Position numbers and translations under genes: made by a program. A DNA stretch of 64,000 bases from Eledone cirrhosa (lineage: Eukaryota), in the NCBI GenBank assembly GCA_964016885.1, contig OZ024762.1:21576001-21640000 (forward strand), written 5' to 3'. The notes below the pieces were generated by a model. The model had not been told where the DNA came from. It saw nothing but the letters and a program-made list of their open reading frames with translations, and ran no database searches. Within the stretch, counting starts at the first letter, position 1. Every line of letters starts with the position of its first letter. Of this stretch, positions 1 through 14,616 are shown in pieces.

Positions 1-832
1 GAGAGAGAGAGAGATGTATGTATGTATATAAAGAATACACAACGATCTCTTCACAGAAATAAATAAAAGACTATTGTAGTGAAAATAATTCCTGTGTAAT
101 CTTCTTAAGGCAAGTTAGATCTTCCAGAGTAAACTACATGAAGAATTCTACGTGCTCAATCAACATAATAGAGATCACCGTCTGGTCACATTTTAAGCTA
201 CATCATCATAACTGAATTTGAGGCTCAAATAAAACCAACAGTCCCCGTAATACGCTGAATCAATTCCACTGTCTACATTCCCCCTTTTTTTAAATGCTAT
301 CCTCGAAATAAATCAAAAGAAATCGATATTGGATAAGAAATAACTTGTGTTTAAACAATTGCGTGTATACTTATATAGATGAGTACATATATACACAAAT
401 CCGTATATACGTATGTATAATGTACGTGAATAAGTTCAATGTTTCTGTTAATAGCAAACAAGAGGAGGCTAGAACCAAATGATTAATGTTTGTATTATTT
501 GTCGGCTTTTTCGTGTGTTTATATGTGTGTTTTTTATGATTCTAGCTATTTTCAAATAACTTTTTCTAATCAGTTTCTGAGATAAACATAAAGTTAAATT
601 TAGTCACGAAATAGAAAGACGTTTCTTTCTCTTTCGGAATTAGAGAGTTGCGGTTTTATGTGCTGTGAGGAATTTTCAATATTTCAAATAAAATATGATT
701 AAAGGAAAAAAGCTAAAACAAAATAAAACACACACAGACACACACTCTCTCTCTCACACACACACACACACTCACACACACACACACACACACACCAACG
801 GATATCTTACATCACAGAAATATAGTAAAAAA

Positions 833-931
<99 letters not shown>

Positions 932-1293
932 GTTTACATATATGTTTGTATATACATACATATATATATATGAATATATATATATATATATAATGTGTGT
1001 GTGTGTATATATATATATTTGTATATTGTATATATATATATATTTATTTGTATAGTGTATATATATATATACAATATATACACATATATACAATATACAA
1101 ATATATATAGATGCACACACATATATATATATGTGTGTGTGTATGTGTATATATATATATATATACACATACACATATATATATATGTGTGTGTGTGTAT
1201 CTATATATATTTGTATATTGTATATATATATATATTTGTATAGTGTATATATATATATATATACATATAAATATATATATATATATAAATAAA

Positions 1294-1335
<42 letters not shown>

Positions 1336-1340
1336 TATAT

Positions 1341-1451
<111 letters not shown>

Positions 1452-1803
1452 AATATATCATGATTCACATAAATGGCCAACCCCAGAGGATATAAACAGA
1501 AGTGTTCATCACGGAACGGAATAAACTAAGTTAATATCCTGTCTTCACATTTACTCCTCTCTCTACACTTCGTTAAACACCAACTGAGACACCATTGAAG
1601 AGATACTTTCAAAACAAGCTCCATTTACTAGGGAAATGGTAAAAGCTTAAACATAAGACTGAAAATGCTTGTAACATATGCACATATATATATACACACA
1701 CACATATATATATATGGACTGAGTGATCTTGCCCTTGGAGATTTCTACTAAATTTTTTACTACAGTATATATATATACACACACATATATATATATATAT
1801 ATG

Positions 1804-1898
<95 letters not shown>

Positions 1899-1903
1899 GT
1901 GTG

Positions 1904-1935
<32 letters not shown>

Positions 1936-1939
1936 TATA

Positions 1940-2132
1940 TAGGAACAAGTAAGACACCGACGGCTGAGCTCAAGCCGTTTCGACGGCTAATTCTGGACTG
2001 AATTAGCCGTCGAAACGGCTTGAGCTCAGCCGTCGGGGTCTTACTTGTTCCTATTACCCACTCTACTACCCCAAGTATTGAGTACTTTGGTGCGTTATGG
2101 TCCACCTGGTTCCTTACCACATTTCCTTCGTT
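1940..2132 (+). mobile_element. TA-embedded short retroelement end, family A, with inverted 5' arm (palindrome 1940-2054)
   Basis: Flanked by (TA)n on both sides. Long hairpin centred near 1996, then tail ...cactctactaccccaagtattgagtac...ttccttcgtt-(TA)n. Near-identical copies at 16223, 24955, 25403, 25567, 33940 and 35900. Confidence 0.8.
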
Positions 2133-2244
2133 ATATATATATATATATATGTATATATATGTATATATATATATATATATATTTATTAAAATAACAGATT
2201 AAAGTTTAAGCAAAGAATCGTTGCTTTCACCCTTATATATATAA

Positions 2245-2282
<38 letters not shown>

Positions 2283-2352
2283 TTTTATCTAAAGACATTT
2301 TTTTGCAATTCCAACCCACCCGTCCCTTCGATCTATGTTATTTCTCATTCTT

Positions 2353-2388
2353 TCTTCTGATGAAGGACTAGCGTCCGAAACGTCAAGA
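2353..2388 (+). ncRNA. Minimal type I hammerhead ribozyme (PLE-type)
   Basis: Stem I tctt/aaga; CTGATGA(A); stem II GGAC-tagc-GTCC; GAAA-CG-TC (GUC cleavage triplet). A decayed inverted copy lies at about 23005-23110. Confidence 0.8.
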
Positions 2389-2483
2389 CTCTCTTCCTGC
2401 TATATCAACCTAATATATCCCTTTCATATACTGTACCGTTTGTATTGTTATTTCTGCATACATACATAGATACATACATACAT

Positions 2484-2572
<89 letters not shown>

Positions 2573-2584
2573 CAGTGTATATAT

Positions 2585-2654
<70 letters not shown>

Positions 2655-2952
2655 TATATACATATATATATATGAGAAAAGAGTCAAGGCCCCGACGGCT
2701 GAGCTCCGGCCGTTTCGTTAACAGCTGGATATAAAACTTTATATATACATATATATATATATATAGTAATAATAATAAATGTAGACTAAAATCTGAAGAG
2801 GGCTCGATAAGGATAATATATATATAAACATATATAAAAACGGTATCTTCTGACATTTTTTTAGTTAGAGGAAATCCCGTTAAGTGTTAAAGCAGCAATT
2901 CTTTCCTTAAATTTTAATCTGCTATTTTAATATATATATATATATATATATA

Positions 2953-3298
2953 TAATATAAGATCAAAAGATGGTTAAAGGGGTTCCATATATTTTATTAT
3001 GCGCATTTCAAAAACAAACATCATCAAGCAATAATATTTGTGTTTTCATCAGATAAAACAGGAGAACATGATATGAAGGCTAAAAAACACTTGTTGATAG
3101 TGCAGTTTTAAATCAACATATCACAAATATTATTGCTTGATGATGTTTGTTTTTGAAATGCGCATAATAAAATATATGGAACTCCTTTAACCATCTTTTG
3201 ATCTTATATTATGCATACTCCAGTCCCACAAACTGTAGAGTGCTTCTTATCCGATATCTGCATTGCTTTATTGTACTACAATAAAACTCACCTCCTAC

Positions 3299-3300
<2 letters not shown>
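2953..3300 (+). mobile_element. TA-embedded PLE-like end with inverted duplication (arm 2953-3042 vs 3122-3212) and tail
   Basis: Inverted arms visible in sequence; tail tactcc...gagtgc; homologue at 48370-48525. Confidence 0.75.
2992..3058 (-). ncRNA. Type I hammerhead ribozyme
   Basis: Reverse complement reads ttttat CTGATGA, long stem II, GAAA TGCGCA TA ataaaa. Palindromic stem III and 6-bp stem I. Confidence 0.75.
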
Positions 3301-3340
<40 letters not shown>

Positions 3341-3507
3341 GGTAAACATTGATGCAATTCAATTCAAGCACTCAACGTACTTTTCCACATAGGAGTGACG
3401 GAGTAAATATCGATTCTATATATATATATATATATGTTTTGATATTTCACTGAAAGAAATATCTTCAACATTTTCTACTGAAAAAATCTTTTTCCTTTCT
3501 ACAATTT

Positions 3508-3579
<72 letters not shown>

Positions 3580-3683
3580 ACCTAGATGAAAACTGCTATG
3601 AAATCCCACAATGAATTTTATACTTGAATTTTCAAGTCTCAAATTTTAACTCTTCGTATTATTAATTTTTCTTAATATTAATC

Positions 3684-3733
3684 AACATTTGAAAAGATGG
3701 CTTTTGCAGACCCATCGAAACCGGTCATTTTTT
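3684..3733 (+). ncRNA. Degenerate hammerhead ribozyme
   Basis: ttgaaaa (mutated CTGANGA), stem II gatgg/ccatc, GAAA CCGG TC; lies in a TA island (3578-3872). Confidence 0.45.
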
Positions 3734-3876
3734 ATACCCTTTATTATTTCCTTACCTTATAAAATTATGTTTTTTCACAAAAAAGTATTCTGTCTCTTAT
3801 ATATTCCATGTGCCATTACCAACCTCAATTTTCTCTATAACCTTCGTTTTGTGTAGAAAATTACACTTTTCATATA

Positions 3877-3914
<38 letters not shown>

Positions 3915-4201
3915 GTAAAATAGTAAAAGTGCCTGGGTTCCAAAGTTATAAACTAAAATATCGTCTGCTATGCGATGTTGTTAGGCTGTGTAGCTATTTC
4001 CAGAATTAATCTTTCTTATTTCCGTATCGTTTGAGAAACGTTACAAGAGACACAAATCACTAACGTCCATTATGTAATTTTACAGAGTTAACTTTTTCTC
4101 ATTCGTATCAAGGTTACTCGAGTTCAGTGTATAAATCTGTATATCTGCCTCCCTGCTTGCCAGCCTGTCTGTCTGTCTGTCTGTCTGACTCTTCCCTCAC
4201 T

Positions 4202-4274
<73 letters not shown>

Positions 4275-4285
4275 AATCCCTGTCT

Positions 4286-4324
<39 letters not shown>

Positions 4325-4335
4325 AATCCCTGTCT

Positions 4336-4385
<50 letters not shown>

Positions 4386-4511
4386 CTATCTCTCTCTCGC
4401 TCTCTCTCTCACTTTGTCTGTATGTCCGTCTCTCTCTCACTTTCTGTCTCTCTCATTCATGCGTACATACATATATACATATAGTTTGGTTTTGTGTTTG
4501 CACATAAAAAC

Positions 4512-4606
4512 TCGCATATCTGAGGAGATGTCGAGGAACACAGTCGGGCCCCGGTCATTATGATTGTACTTGCGCTGATCGATATTGAAACGATTGTAAT
4601 ATGCGA
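4512..4606 (+). ncRNA. Type I hammerhead ribozyme
   Basis: Stem I tcgcatat/atatgcga (8 bp); CTGAGGA; stem II gatgtcga/tcgatatt; GAAA C-gatt-G TA (GUA); AATAAA follows immediately. Confidence 0.85.
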
Positions 4607-4707
4607 ATAAAGTTTTATTATATATGCTGCAACCGTGACTTCGATCCTATTTACTTTATATATATATATATATATATAAAATATAATATATATACATATA
4701 TAAGTAT

Positions 4708-4886
4708 AATTGTTTCTACTTTAGGCACAAGGCCAGCAATTACCCAGTGCATTACTGGTACTTTATTTTATCGACCCCGTAAGGATGAAAGGCAAAGTCA
4801 ACCTCGGCGGAATTTGAACTCAGATCGTAAAGGGACGTAACTACGCTGGAAAGCATGGTGTCCGACCCTCCACCGATACTGCCAAT
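4708..4886 (-). mobile_element. tRNA-derived SINE, family 1 (Meta-domain-like centre)
   Basis: Minus strand: A box tggcagtatcgg, B box gagttcaaat, centre gaggttgactttgcctttcatccttacggggtcgataaaataaagtacc, short ATT tail. Confidence 0.85.
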
Positions 4887-5227
4887 GTTTTTGTCTAGTA
4901 GACAATATCAAAGGAAGAACTCAAGAGGTTGTCAGAGCACCAATATTTTAATATATATTTATTTATTACATAGACCCGACAAAGAAATATGATAGAAACA
5001 CTACAATTTCTAAAGTATCTATGGAATACACACCCACACACACATATATATATATATGTATATATATGCATGTATATAAATATATATATATATGTGTGTG
5101 TGTGTATATATATATATGTATATAAATATATATATACTTACATACATGCACACTCATACATACGTATATGATATACACGTATATGTATCTGCATATATAC
5201 ATATGTATATATATATATGGGGGTGTA

Positions 5228-5277
<50 letters not shown>

Positions 5278-5294
5278 CATGTATATATATCTGC

Positions 5295-5338
<44 letters not shown>

Positions 5339-5504
5339 GGTGGGTGTGTATGTGTATGTGTGTGTGGGTGTATGTGTGTTTCGCAGTATAATCGATAGCG
5401 CGAAAAATTAATATTGGACGATGTTTTCGTATACACCCACACACTTTTTGTAAAGTGTCCCTCTAAATGTGACCCCCCCTCCTCCTCCTCCTCCTGCTCC
5501 ACGT

Positions 5505-6190
5505 CTACCTCCTCATCATCATCATCATCACCACCATCATCATCATCACCACCATCATCATGATCATCACCACCACCATCATCATCACCACCATCATCAC
5601 CACCATCATCATCATCACCACCATCATCATCACCACCACCATCATCATCACCACCATCATCATCACCACCACCATCATCATCACCACCATCATCATCACC
5701 ACCATCATCATCATCATCATCATCATCACCACCATCATCATCACCACCATCATCATCATCATCACCACCATCATCATCACCACCATCATCACCACCATCA
5801 TCATCATCACCACCACCATCATCACCACCACCATCATCATCATCACCACCACCACCATCATCATCATCACCACCATCATCATCATCATCATCATCATCAC
5901 CATCATCATCATCACCACCATCATCATCACCACCATCATCATCATCATCACCATCATTATATTTCAACATTATCATCAACAGCAGCATTTCATCATTTTT
6001 TGTTATTATGGTTGCCATCATCATCGTCAATAGTATTGCTGTTGTTGTTGTTGTTGTTGTTGATTTAGTTGTTGTTGTTGATGTTGTTGTTGTTATTGCT
6101 GTTGTTGTTGTTGTTGTTGTTGTTGATTTAGTTGTTGTTGTTGTTGTTGTTGTTGTTGCTGTTGTTGTTGTTGTTGATGATGATGTTGTT

Positions 6191-6254
<64 letters not shown>

Positions 6255-6275
6255 ATGTTGTTGTTGTTCTTCTTC

Positions 6276-6311
<36 letters not shown>

Positions 6312-6365
6312 TCCTTCTCTTTCTACTCCTTCTTCTTCTCCTTCTCCTTCTTCTCCTTCTTCTTT
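5505..6365. repeat. Compound trinucleotide microsatellite (CAT/CAC)n, then (GTT)n, (ATT)n, (CTT)n
   Basis: Directly visible; source of the poly-His/Asp/Val pseudo-ORFs. Confidence 0.95.
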
Positions 6366-6700
6366 AGTAAAAAAGTGTCATAGATTTTATCATCATCATT
6401 ATCATCTTCATCACCATCATCATCAAGACAATCCTCTCAAACCCATACCATCACTACCACAACTATCACCACCACCTACAACACCAACTTCACCACCACC
6501 ACCACCACCACCACAACAACAACATCACCCTCTCCATCCCCACCACCTTCAACCATAATGTTCTTTAATGATAAACATTCCACCGGGTTTCAATGATAAA
6601 TTGCTATATAGTAACCGCGGTATTACCTTTCATTTTCTAATAATTTCACCTAGACTGTCAGATTTATTACTCAATATACAAACCTACTTACATACATGTG

Positions 6701-6821
<121 letters not shown>

Positions 6822-7147
6822 GAATAAAGTGGTCCTTCATCAGTGATCTTCCAACCATCATCGGTATTTCTTCGCTTTAAAGACCACTATATATATATAT
6901 AAATGTGTGTGTGTGTGTGTGTATGTGTATATATATATGTATAGTATAAATATATATATATGTATATATATATTATATATATATATATATTTATTTATAC
7001 TTACATACATGCACACTCATACATACGTATATCGTATACATGTATATATATATGCATATATATGCATATATGTATATCTCTATGTATGTGTGTGTGTGTA
7101 CATGTTATCACACTTCTATAAAATATATATATATAATGGATGTATGG

Positions 7148-7209
<62 letters not shown>

Positions 7210-7252
7210 CATAAACACATACATACATACAAGCATACACACATAAAACATG

Positions 7253-7287
<35 letters not shown>

Positions 7288-7314
7288 ATGTTTGTGTGTT
7301 TATGTGTAAAGACA

Positions 7315-7605
7315 CCCTTTAGTCACGAATGACTATAGGATTTGGACTTGCATCTAGAAAGTTCCCTTCCGAGGCACAAATTTGTTTGTAGAAGACCACC
7401 AGTTGCCTATGCTTCGAAGTCCCCCTCTCCAAGCCACTGATGTTGTCCAAGGGAAAGGCAAAGGCCAATACACCTAGGTACCAGTAACATCGCAAATAAT
7501 TTCTACAGCTGAGTGACCTGGAGCAACGAGAAATAACGTGCCTTGCTCAAAGAATGCTCGCAACCTCGCGATCGTAAGCTCAACGCCCTAACCAGTAAGT
7601 CATGC
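7315..7605 (-). mobile_element. tRNA-derived SINE, family 2 (decayed)
   Basis: Reverse complement aligns by eye with the copy at 51301-51630. Confidence 0.7.
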
Positions 7606-7622
7606 AATTTCACACACACACG

Positions 7623-7681
<59 letters not shown>

Positions 7682-7734
7682 ATAGATGTATATATTTGAA
7701 AATGTATGAGATCCTTTGTACAGTTATGTATATA

Positions 7735-7871
7735 AAAAAGGAAAAGAATGACTTCGCTTGTATTTGGTAGTCTCTAACAATTTAATTTTATAACTTTGCT
7801 ACATAGTAAAATTATAGAATTAAATTGTTATAGACTACCAAATACAAGCGAAGTCATTCTTTTCCTTTTTT
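7735..7871. repeat. Near-perfect ~137-bp palindrome
   Basis: aaaaaaggaaaagaatgacttcgcttgtatttggtagtct... / ...agactaccaaatacaagcgaagtcattcttttcctttttt, centred near 7802. Confidence 0.9.
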
Positions 7872-7890
7872 CAAATATATATACATATAT

Positions 7891-8040
7891 ATACCCTATT
7901 TCCCGGCGCCGAAGACGCTTCGTCCTCGAGAACGCACCCTAATTTTGACAGCCAAAAATTTGAAAAAAGAATAATAAACAACCTTCGGTCTCCAAGACTC
8001 ATGGTAGATTTTTGAGACCTATTTTAGGGGAAAAACGGTA
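7891..8040. mobile_element. Decayed Tc1/mariner-superfamily (Tc2/pogo-like) MITE
   Basis: Ends ta-ccctatttcccggcg...aagacgc and aaaaacgg-ta resemble CCGTATTT-type TIRs with a TA target duplication. Confidence 0.5.
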
Positions 8041-8465
8041 TATATGGGGGTAGAGACGGGACCCGAACTTAGGACATAAAGAGCCGAACAAATTCTGCTA
8101 AGTATTTGTCGATGCTCTAACAATTCTGCCAACCTACTACCGTCTTTGTGGAGTTAATAACATCACTGAAATCATCTAGAATTTGTGGCTAGTCTCCAAG
8201 ATCGCTGATTGATCAATAGAGTTGGTAGTCTCAGAAAGTTCTAAGACGAATTAGCAAAAGAACAATATGGTAATTAAACTCGCCTGCTTTGCCGATAACT
8301 AAATATAGGAACGTTAATCTTCACACGTGCCAAGAATACGGAAGACTTCCCATATGTGTTTGTGTGTGTGTGTCTGTGTATTGTGTCTGTTTGTGGTGTG
8401 TGCGCGGATGTATGTGTGTAATACAAGATACAACCAACGCATATATATATATGTGTGTGTGTGTG

Positions 8466-8518
<53 letters not shown>

Positions 8519-9315
8519 CAATGCCAGTGGTATGAATACAATTAAATAGTAACTTAATATCCTCTTAATATGTAGTATATATTATATATATTACACACAC
8601 ACATATATATATATATATATATGCATGTAAACATATATATATATGTCAGTGTATGCATATATATATATATATATATATAGATATAATTTCAGCTAGATTC
8701 GTATTTCGGCTATGGTCGAAAACAAAGCGAAACGCAATATCCGAGTTATTGGCAAGCGCTCCATGGACCAAATAGAGACCAGAGCAATAAACATAGGTTA
8801 TAAAGGCCAAACAAACTGAGATGGCGGTCAAGAAGCCATCAACCACCTAAGCCAAAAAGACGAACCAAGCCAAACAGGTCAAACAAAATAAAGGAAATAT
8901 TTACCCGGATCCTGGAAAAGATGGTATAATCCAGTACAGGGTTTCTGCGACACCTAAATCAATTATACTGCCTGCTTAAAATAATAAGCTTTTGGTATAA
9001 TGATCGAACAAGGCTGTCACTTCGTCAACAGGTATTTCGTTCTACGCCATGGTTCAGAATCACACAGTGGTATGTAGTGGTAAAACCACCTGTGTAACTC
9101 TTCGAGGGAGAAAACCCCAGATTTTGGCAGATGAATTCATTAAGTGTAAAATTAATGCAATAATTGCAAAAAGTGCCCAAATCGAATTAAGCTCTCAAAC
9201 GGGAAGTTTTTAAAATAACTTAAGCAATTAATCAGTCAATAGAAATATCTACAAAAATTAACTGGTTAATTGTTAGACTCGGGAGTTTAATACAAATATA
9301 ATTTCAGCGAGATTC

Positions 9316-9367
<52 letters not shown>

Positions 9368-9716
9368 GGAGAGATGCATATATATATATAAATGTATGTT
9401 TGTGTGTGCAGTGAAGCTACGTACCAGGACGGCTGAAGCTTGATGACTTTCCGATATCCCAGTAATACCAGTAATTGTTGCAGGTCGATACTTGTTTTGG
9501 CGGGATGGTTGGGACATGGTTTATAAAATCTTTGAAATGTTTTAACTTATGTGTTATGGGACTGGTGAGTGACGTCAGATATAGGTTTGGAGATTATATT
9601 TGGTTGGGTTTGTGGATAATTTTGGTTTTGTCTGGATGTATTAACATTGAAATGGAGGCTGGTGGCGGTCTTTATAGCACAGTCAAACACACACACACAT
9701 ACATCTATATTTATCT

Positions 9717-9808
<92 letters not shown>

Positions 9809-10419
9809 TATATTTATTAAAATAACAGATTAAACGGTTCTTATATATTTGATATATATTTATCCTTATCGAGCCATCTTTGGATTTTAGTCTTCAAATT
9901 TATTATTATTACTATATATATATATGAAAACAGGGAGAAAGAGACGATTATGAGGAAGAAAAATATATTTTTTTCCTTTTTTTTGTCTCTCTCTCTCTTT
10001 TTTCTAGGTTAGAAAAATGATTAAAACGAAATGTTTTACTTTGTGTGAAGTGTTAAGGCATTAGTTGATTTTTTTATTATTTAACAATGGCATTTATTTA
10101 TCTATTTATATATTTATATATTTAATTATTGTCTATTACCGGTTTCTGCATTTATATGCATTATCAAATGATAGTGAAATGTATTAGTGTGGTGTCGCAC
10201 TTGTTAAACAGAAGGTGCAGGAAGAATAATGTTATATACAAACAAAGTTAAAGAAGTGAAAAGGAAAAAGAAAAAGGAAAAATATATATTTATATATATA
10301 CGTATATATATTGAGAGAATGAAAGACGGATACAATTCTGACAGCCAAGCGGTTTCAGACTCTGTATTCAGCAAGTCTTTTCAAGCACCGCAGACTCTCT
10401 TTCTCTCTCTCTCTCTATG

Positions 10420-10557
<138 letters not shown>

Positions 10558-10685
10558 ATAATTGGAAAAGTCTAACACTTTGATGTTTAGAAAAACCTTG
10601 TATTTGATCAGTCATGATAGAAAGATAGACATATGTATGTATATATATATATATACATACATACATACATACATACATACATACA

Positions 10686-10719
<34 letters not shown>

Positions 10720-10976
10720 GAGAGAGAAATAGATATAGATGAAGATATACAACCTCCCCCCCCCCCACACACACATACACACTATGTATTTAGAGAGAAA
10801 ATGTGTGCCTGTGTGTGTGAGAGAGAGAGAGAGAATAAATAGGGTAGGAGCAGCAAACTGTAAATAAATAAGAAGATAAATAAATATATAAATTAATTTT
10901 CGTTCTAAAGCTTGGATGAAACCATAGATGTTTCCTCATAGATATTGGTAGATCACTCTATAATTTTAGGGTTACT

Positions 10977-11009
<33 letters not shown>

Positions 11010-11018
11010 CTGTGTCTA

Positions 11019-11054
<36 letters not shown>

Positions 11055-11377
11055 CGGGCTGTATGGGTTCTTTAATCCTATTTACTGACTCAAGGCAAAT
11101 CGTGATACGATTTTGATTGAGGGAGATGAAAATGGTGAGTGATAGAACGTGGAGGTGGCTGTAAATAAATTTTATTTGTAGATGAAAAGTAGATTTTCTT
11201 TTAAGTGGCCTATATACTGCTATAGAGGCGTTTATTTCGCACAAGAAGATAAGAAACATGAAGTATTTTCCGCGTCATAATTTCAGATTTTTGTTGGCAA
11301 ATGATGAGTACCGTACATATATATATATATATATACAATATTAAATAAATGGAAAACTATATTTATAAAACCATATT

Positions 11378-11443
11378 TATTTCATTATATATATTTCGGG
11401 GATATCATATTAACAATATGCTATGCCTTCATCAGACAAAATA
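11378..11443 (-). ncRNA. Type I hammerhead ribozyme (inverted-arm copy)
   Basis: Reverse complement of 11586-11651. Confidence 0.7.
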
Positions 11444-11585
11444 CAATATAAACAGTTTTATAGATAAATATATTCGACATACCGTAATAAACATCAACTT
11501 CATTTGAAGAGGTTCACTCTAGCAAATGAAGTTGATGTTTATTACGGTATGTCGAATATATTTATCTATAAAACTGTTTATATTG

Positions 11586-11651
11586 TATTTTGTCTGATGA
11601 AGGCATAGCATATTGTTAATATGATATCCCCGAAATATATATAATGAAATA
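11586..11651 (+). ncRNA. Type I hammerhead ribozyme
   Basis: Stem I tattttgt/atgaaata; CTGATGA(A); imperfect stem II; GAAA TATATA TA (palindromic stem III, AUA). Confidence 0.7.
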
Positions 11652-11840
11652 AATATGGTTTTATAAATATAGTTTTCCATTTATTTAATATTGTAAATAT
11701 ACTCCAAGTATTTGTCGAGTGCTTTTATATCAGTTATAAATATTTACTAGTTGTAACCCAACAATTTTAAATATAACTTTCCATATATATATATATATAT
11801 ATATATAGTACACATATATATATATATATATAGTAATAAT

Positions 11841-12485
11841 AATTGTTTCTACTTTAGGCACAAGGCCAGCAATTACCCAGTGCATTACTGGTACTTTAGT
11901 TTATCGACCTCGTAAGGATGAAAGGCAAAGTTAACCTCGGCGGGATATGAACTCAGATCGTAAAGGGACGTAATTATGCTGGAAAGCATGGCGTCCGACG
12001 CTCTACAGATACTGCCAAATAATAATAATAATAATGATGATGTTGATCATGGTGATGATGATGATGATGATCATCATCATCATCATCATCATCATCACCA
12101 TCATAATTGTTTCTACTTTTGGCACCCGGCCAGCAATTATCCCAGTGCATTACTGGTACTTTATTTCATCGACCCCTGTAAAGACGAAAGGCAAAGTTTA
12201 ACCTCGGCGGGATTTGAACTCAGATCATAAAGGAAGGTAACTCTATGCTTCAAAGCATGGCGCCCGACCCTCTACCGATACTGCCAATCACCATCATAAT
12301 TGTTTCTACTTTAGGCACAAGGCCAGCAATTAACCAGTGCATTACTGGTACTTTAGTTTATCGACCCCGTAAGGATGAAAGGCATAGTCAACCTCGGCGG
12401 GATTTGAACTCAGATCGTAAAGGGACGTAATTATGCTGGAAAGCATGGCGTCCGACGCTCTACCGATACTGCCAATCCACTGCCC
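11841..12485 (-). mobile_element. Three head-to-tail family 1 SINEs
   Basis: Copies at 11841-12018, 12105-12292 and 12298-12485, each with A/B boxes and the same centre. Confidence 0.85.
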
Positions 12486-12764
12486 TATCCAATGCCAATC
12501 CACTGCCAATCACCGTCATAATGACCACGAGAATGATGTTGATAATAACAGTACTTCGTTAGAATCTTTACTCCACAGATTGCAACATTTATATTTTCCT
12601 CGTCTGCTCCAATCTGCTTTTTTTTTGTTTTTTTAAATATTTATTTTGAATATTTATGAAAATTTCCCTTTAGTTTTCTCCCAATTTTCACATATTTTTT
12701 TGATTTTCTTTCTTTCTTATTCTTCAACAAGACATTGCAGCATGAGTCGTTGTCGTTTTACTAG

Positions 12765-12806
12765 TAGTTGTCGTCGCTTTTCTTGTTGTTGTTGTCGTCG
12801 CTTTTC

Positions 12807-12843
<37 letters not shown>

Positions 12844-12901
12844 CCACTACCTGTCCTACCTCCCACACCACCCCTGGCCTGTCATCTTTATTATCAACAG
12901 T

Positions 12902-12944
<43 letters not shown>

Positions 12945-13190
12945 GAACGATCACGATTTCGATCGTTAACCTCAGTACGATCGTCATCACCATCGTCATC
13001 ATGATCGTCATCGTCGACATCGTTGTCATTGTTGTTATCGTCGTCGCCGCCGTCGTCGTCATCATCATTGTCGTCATTGTCGTCATCATCATTGTCGTCA
13101 TCATCATCATTGTCGTCATTGTCGTCATCATTATCATCATCATCATTGTCGTCATTGTCGTCGCCATCATCATCATTGTCGTCATCATTT
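12765..13190. repeat. (GTT)n/(CAT)n/(CGT)n low-complexity tract
   Basis: Directly visible. Confidence 0.9.
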
Positions 13191-13284
13191 TGTGTCAAAC
13201 ATATATACTTGCATATATATATATATATATATATAAAACACGCACATACACACACACATATGTATACACACACACGCACCCGCG

Positions 13285-13330
<46 letters not shown>

Positions 13331-13458
13331 AATAAAAAATGGCGAGCTGTGTTGTGGCAATTATGCATAAAAAAATGAAGAAACATACAAAACACACACA
13401 TACACACACACATATGTATACACACACACTCAAACACACACACACACCGCATATATAT

Positions 13459-13497
<39 letters not shown>

Positions 13498-13537
13498 TAT
13501 ATAATATATATAATATATATATATGTATATATATATG

Positions 13538-13622
<85 letters not shown>

Positions 13623-13656
13623 TATATGTATATATATATGTATATATATACATATA

Positions 13657-13705
<49 letters not shown>

Positions 13706-13756
13706 TAACATATATATATGTATATATATATGTATATATATATACATATACATACA

Positions 13757-13796
<40 letters not shown>

Positions 13797-14396
13797 CATA
13801 CATACATACATACATATATATATACATATGCACACAAAAGTGTATTGTATAACGTTTATTAAAAATATCAATCATTATAATTATTGGTATTGCCATTGTT
13901 ATTGCTTTTCCAATTATAATTACCATTATCACTATTATTATTATCATTATCATTGTTTTTATTATAATTCAGTTTTTTTTTTATATTTATTTTTATATTT
14001 ATTTGTTTTTGTACATTTATTTATTCCTATTATTTATTTATTTATTTATTTATTTTATCCGCAACGTCAGCGACACCAGATGAATGCAATACAGAATGGA
14101 CAAGTTATAGAAGAAAAATATTTCAACAACAATAAAAAAAAAATACAAAACAAAACAAAACAAAGGTTGAGAGGGAGGGGGAGGTGATAGGGAGTTGAGA
14201 CGGAGGGGGGGGGATGTTAGAGGAGGGGTGAGTGGGTGGTGGGGGCGATGTTAGTAGTGAGAGACTGTTTGTGTGGAGGGAGGGCTTGATGGCGTGTGGG
14301 TGGTTGAAGGAAGGGTAAGGAGGGACATTTTATTTTTATTGTATTTTTTATTTTTTTTCTTTTATTTTTTTTTATTTTATTTTCCTCACACCACTT

Positions 14397-14572
14397 CCTA
14401 CTGCTGCTGCTGTTACTACTACTGCTACTACTGCTACAACTACTACTACTACTATTACTACTACTACTACTGCTGCTACTATTACTACTACTACTACTAC
14501 TACTACTACTATTACTACTACTACTACTGCTGCTACTACTGCTACTACTACTACTACCACTACTACTATTAA

Positions 14573-14616
<44 letters not shown>

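Larger units (their letters stand above)
11334..11783 (+). mobile_element. TA-embedded PLE-like end, family C, with a ~173-bp inverted repeat (11334-11506 / 11523-11695) plus tail
   Basis: Arms appear identical by eye. Homologues at 20935-21081, 22070-22187 and 22643-22942. Confidence 0.85.

Noticed and set aside
4966-6383. Poly-His, poly-Asp/Gly and poly-Val ORFs
   Set aside because: Trinucleotide microsatellite translations.
8680-9680. Coding-like composition (PGKDGI on plus; FKDFINHVP on minus)
   Set aside because: Multiple stops and motifs too short to assign. Possibly old LINE debris; needs tBLASTx.
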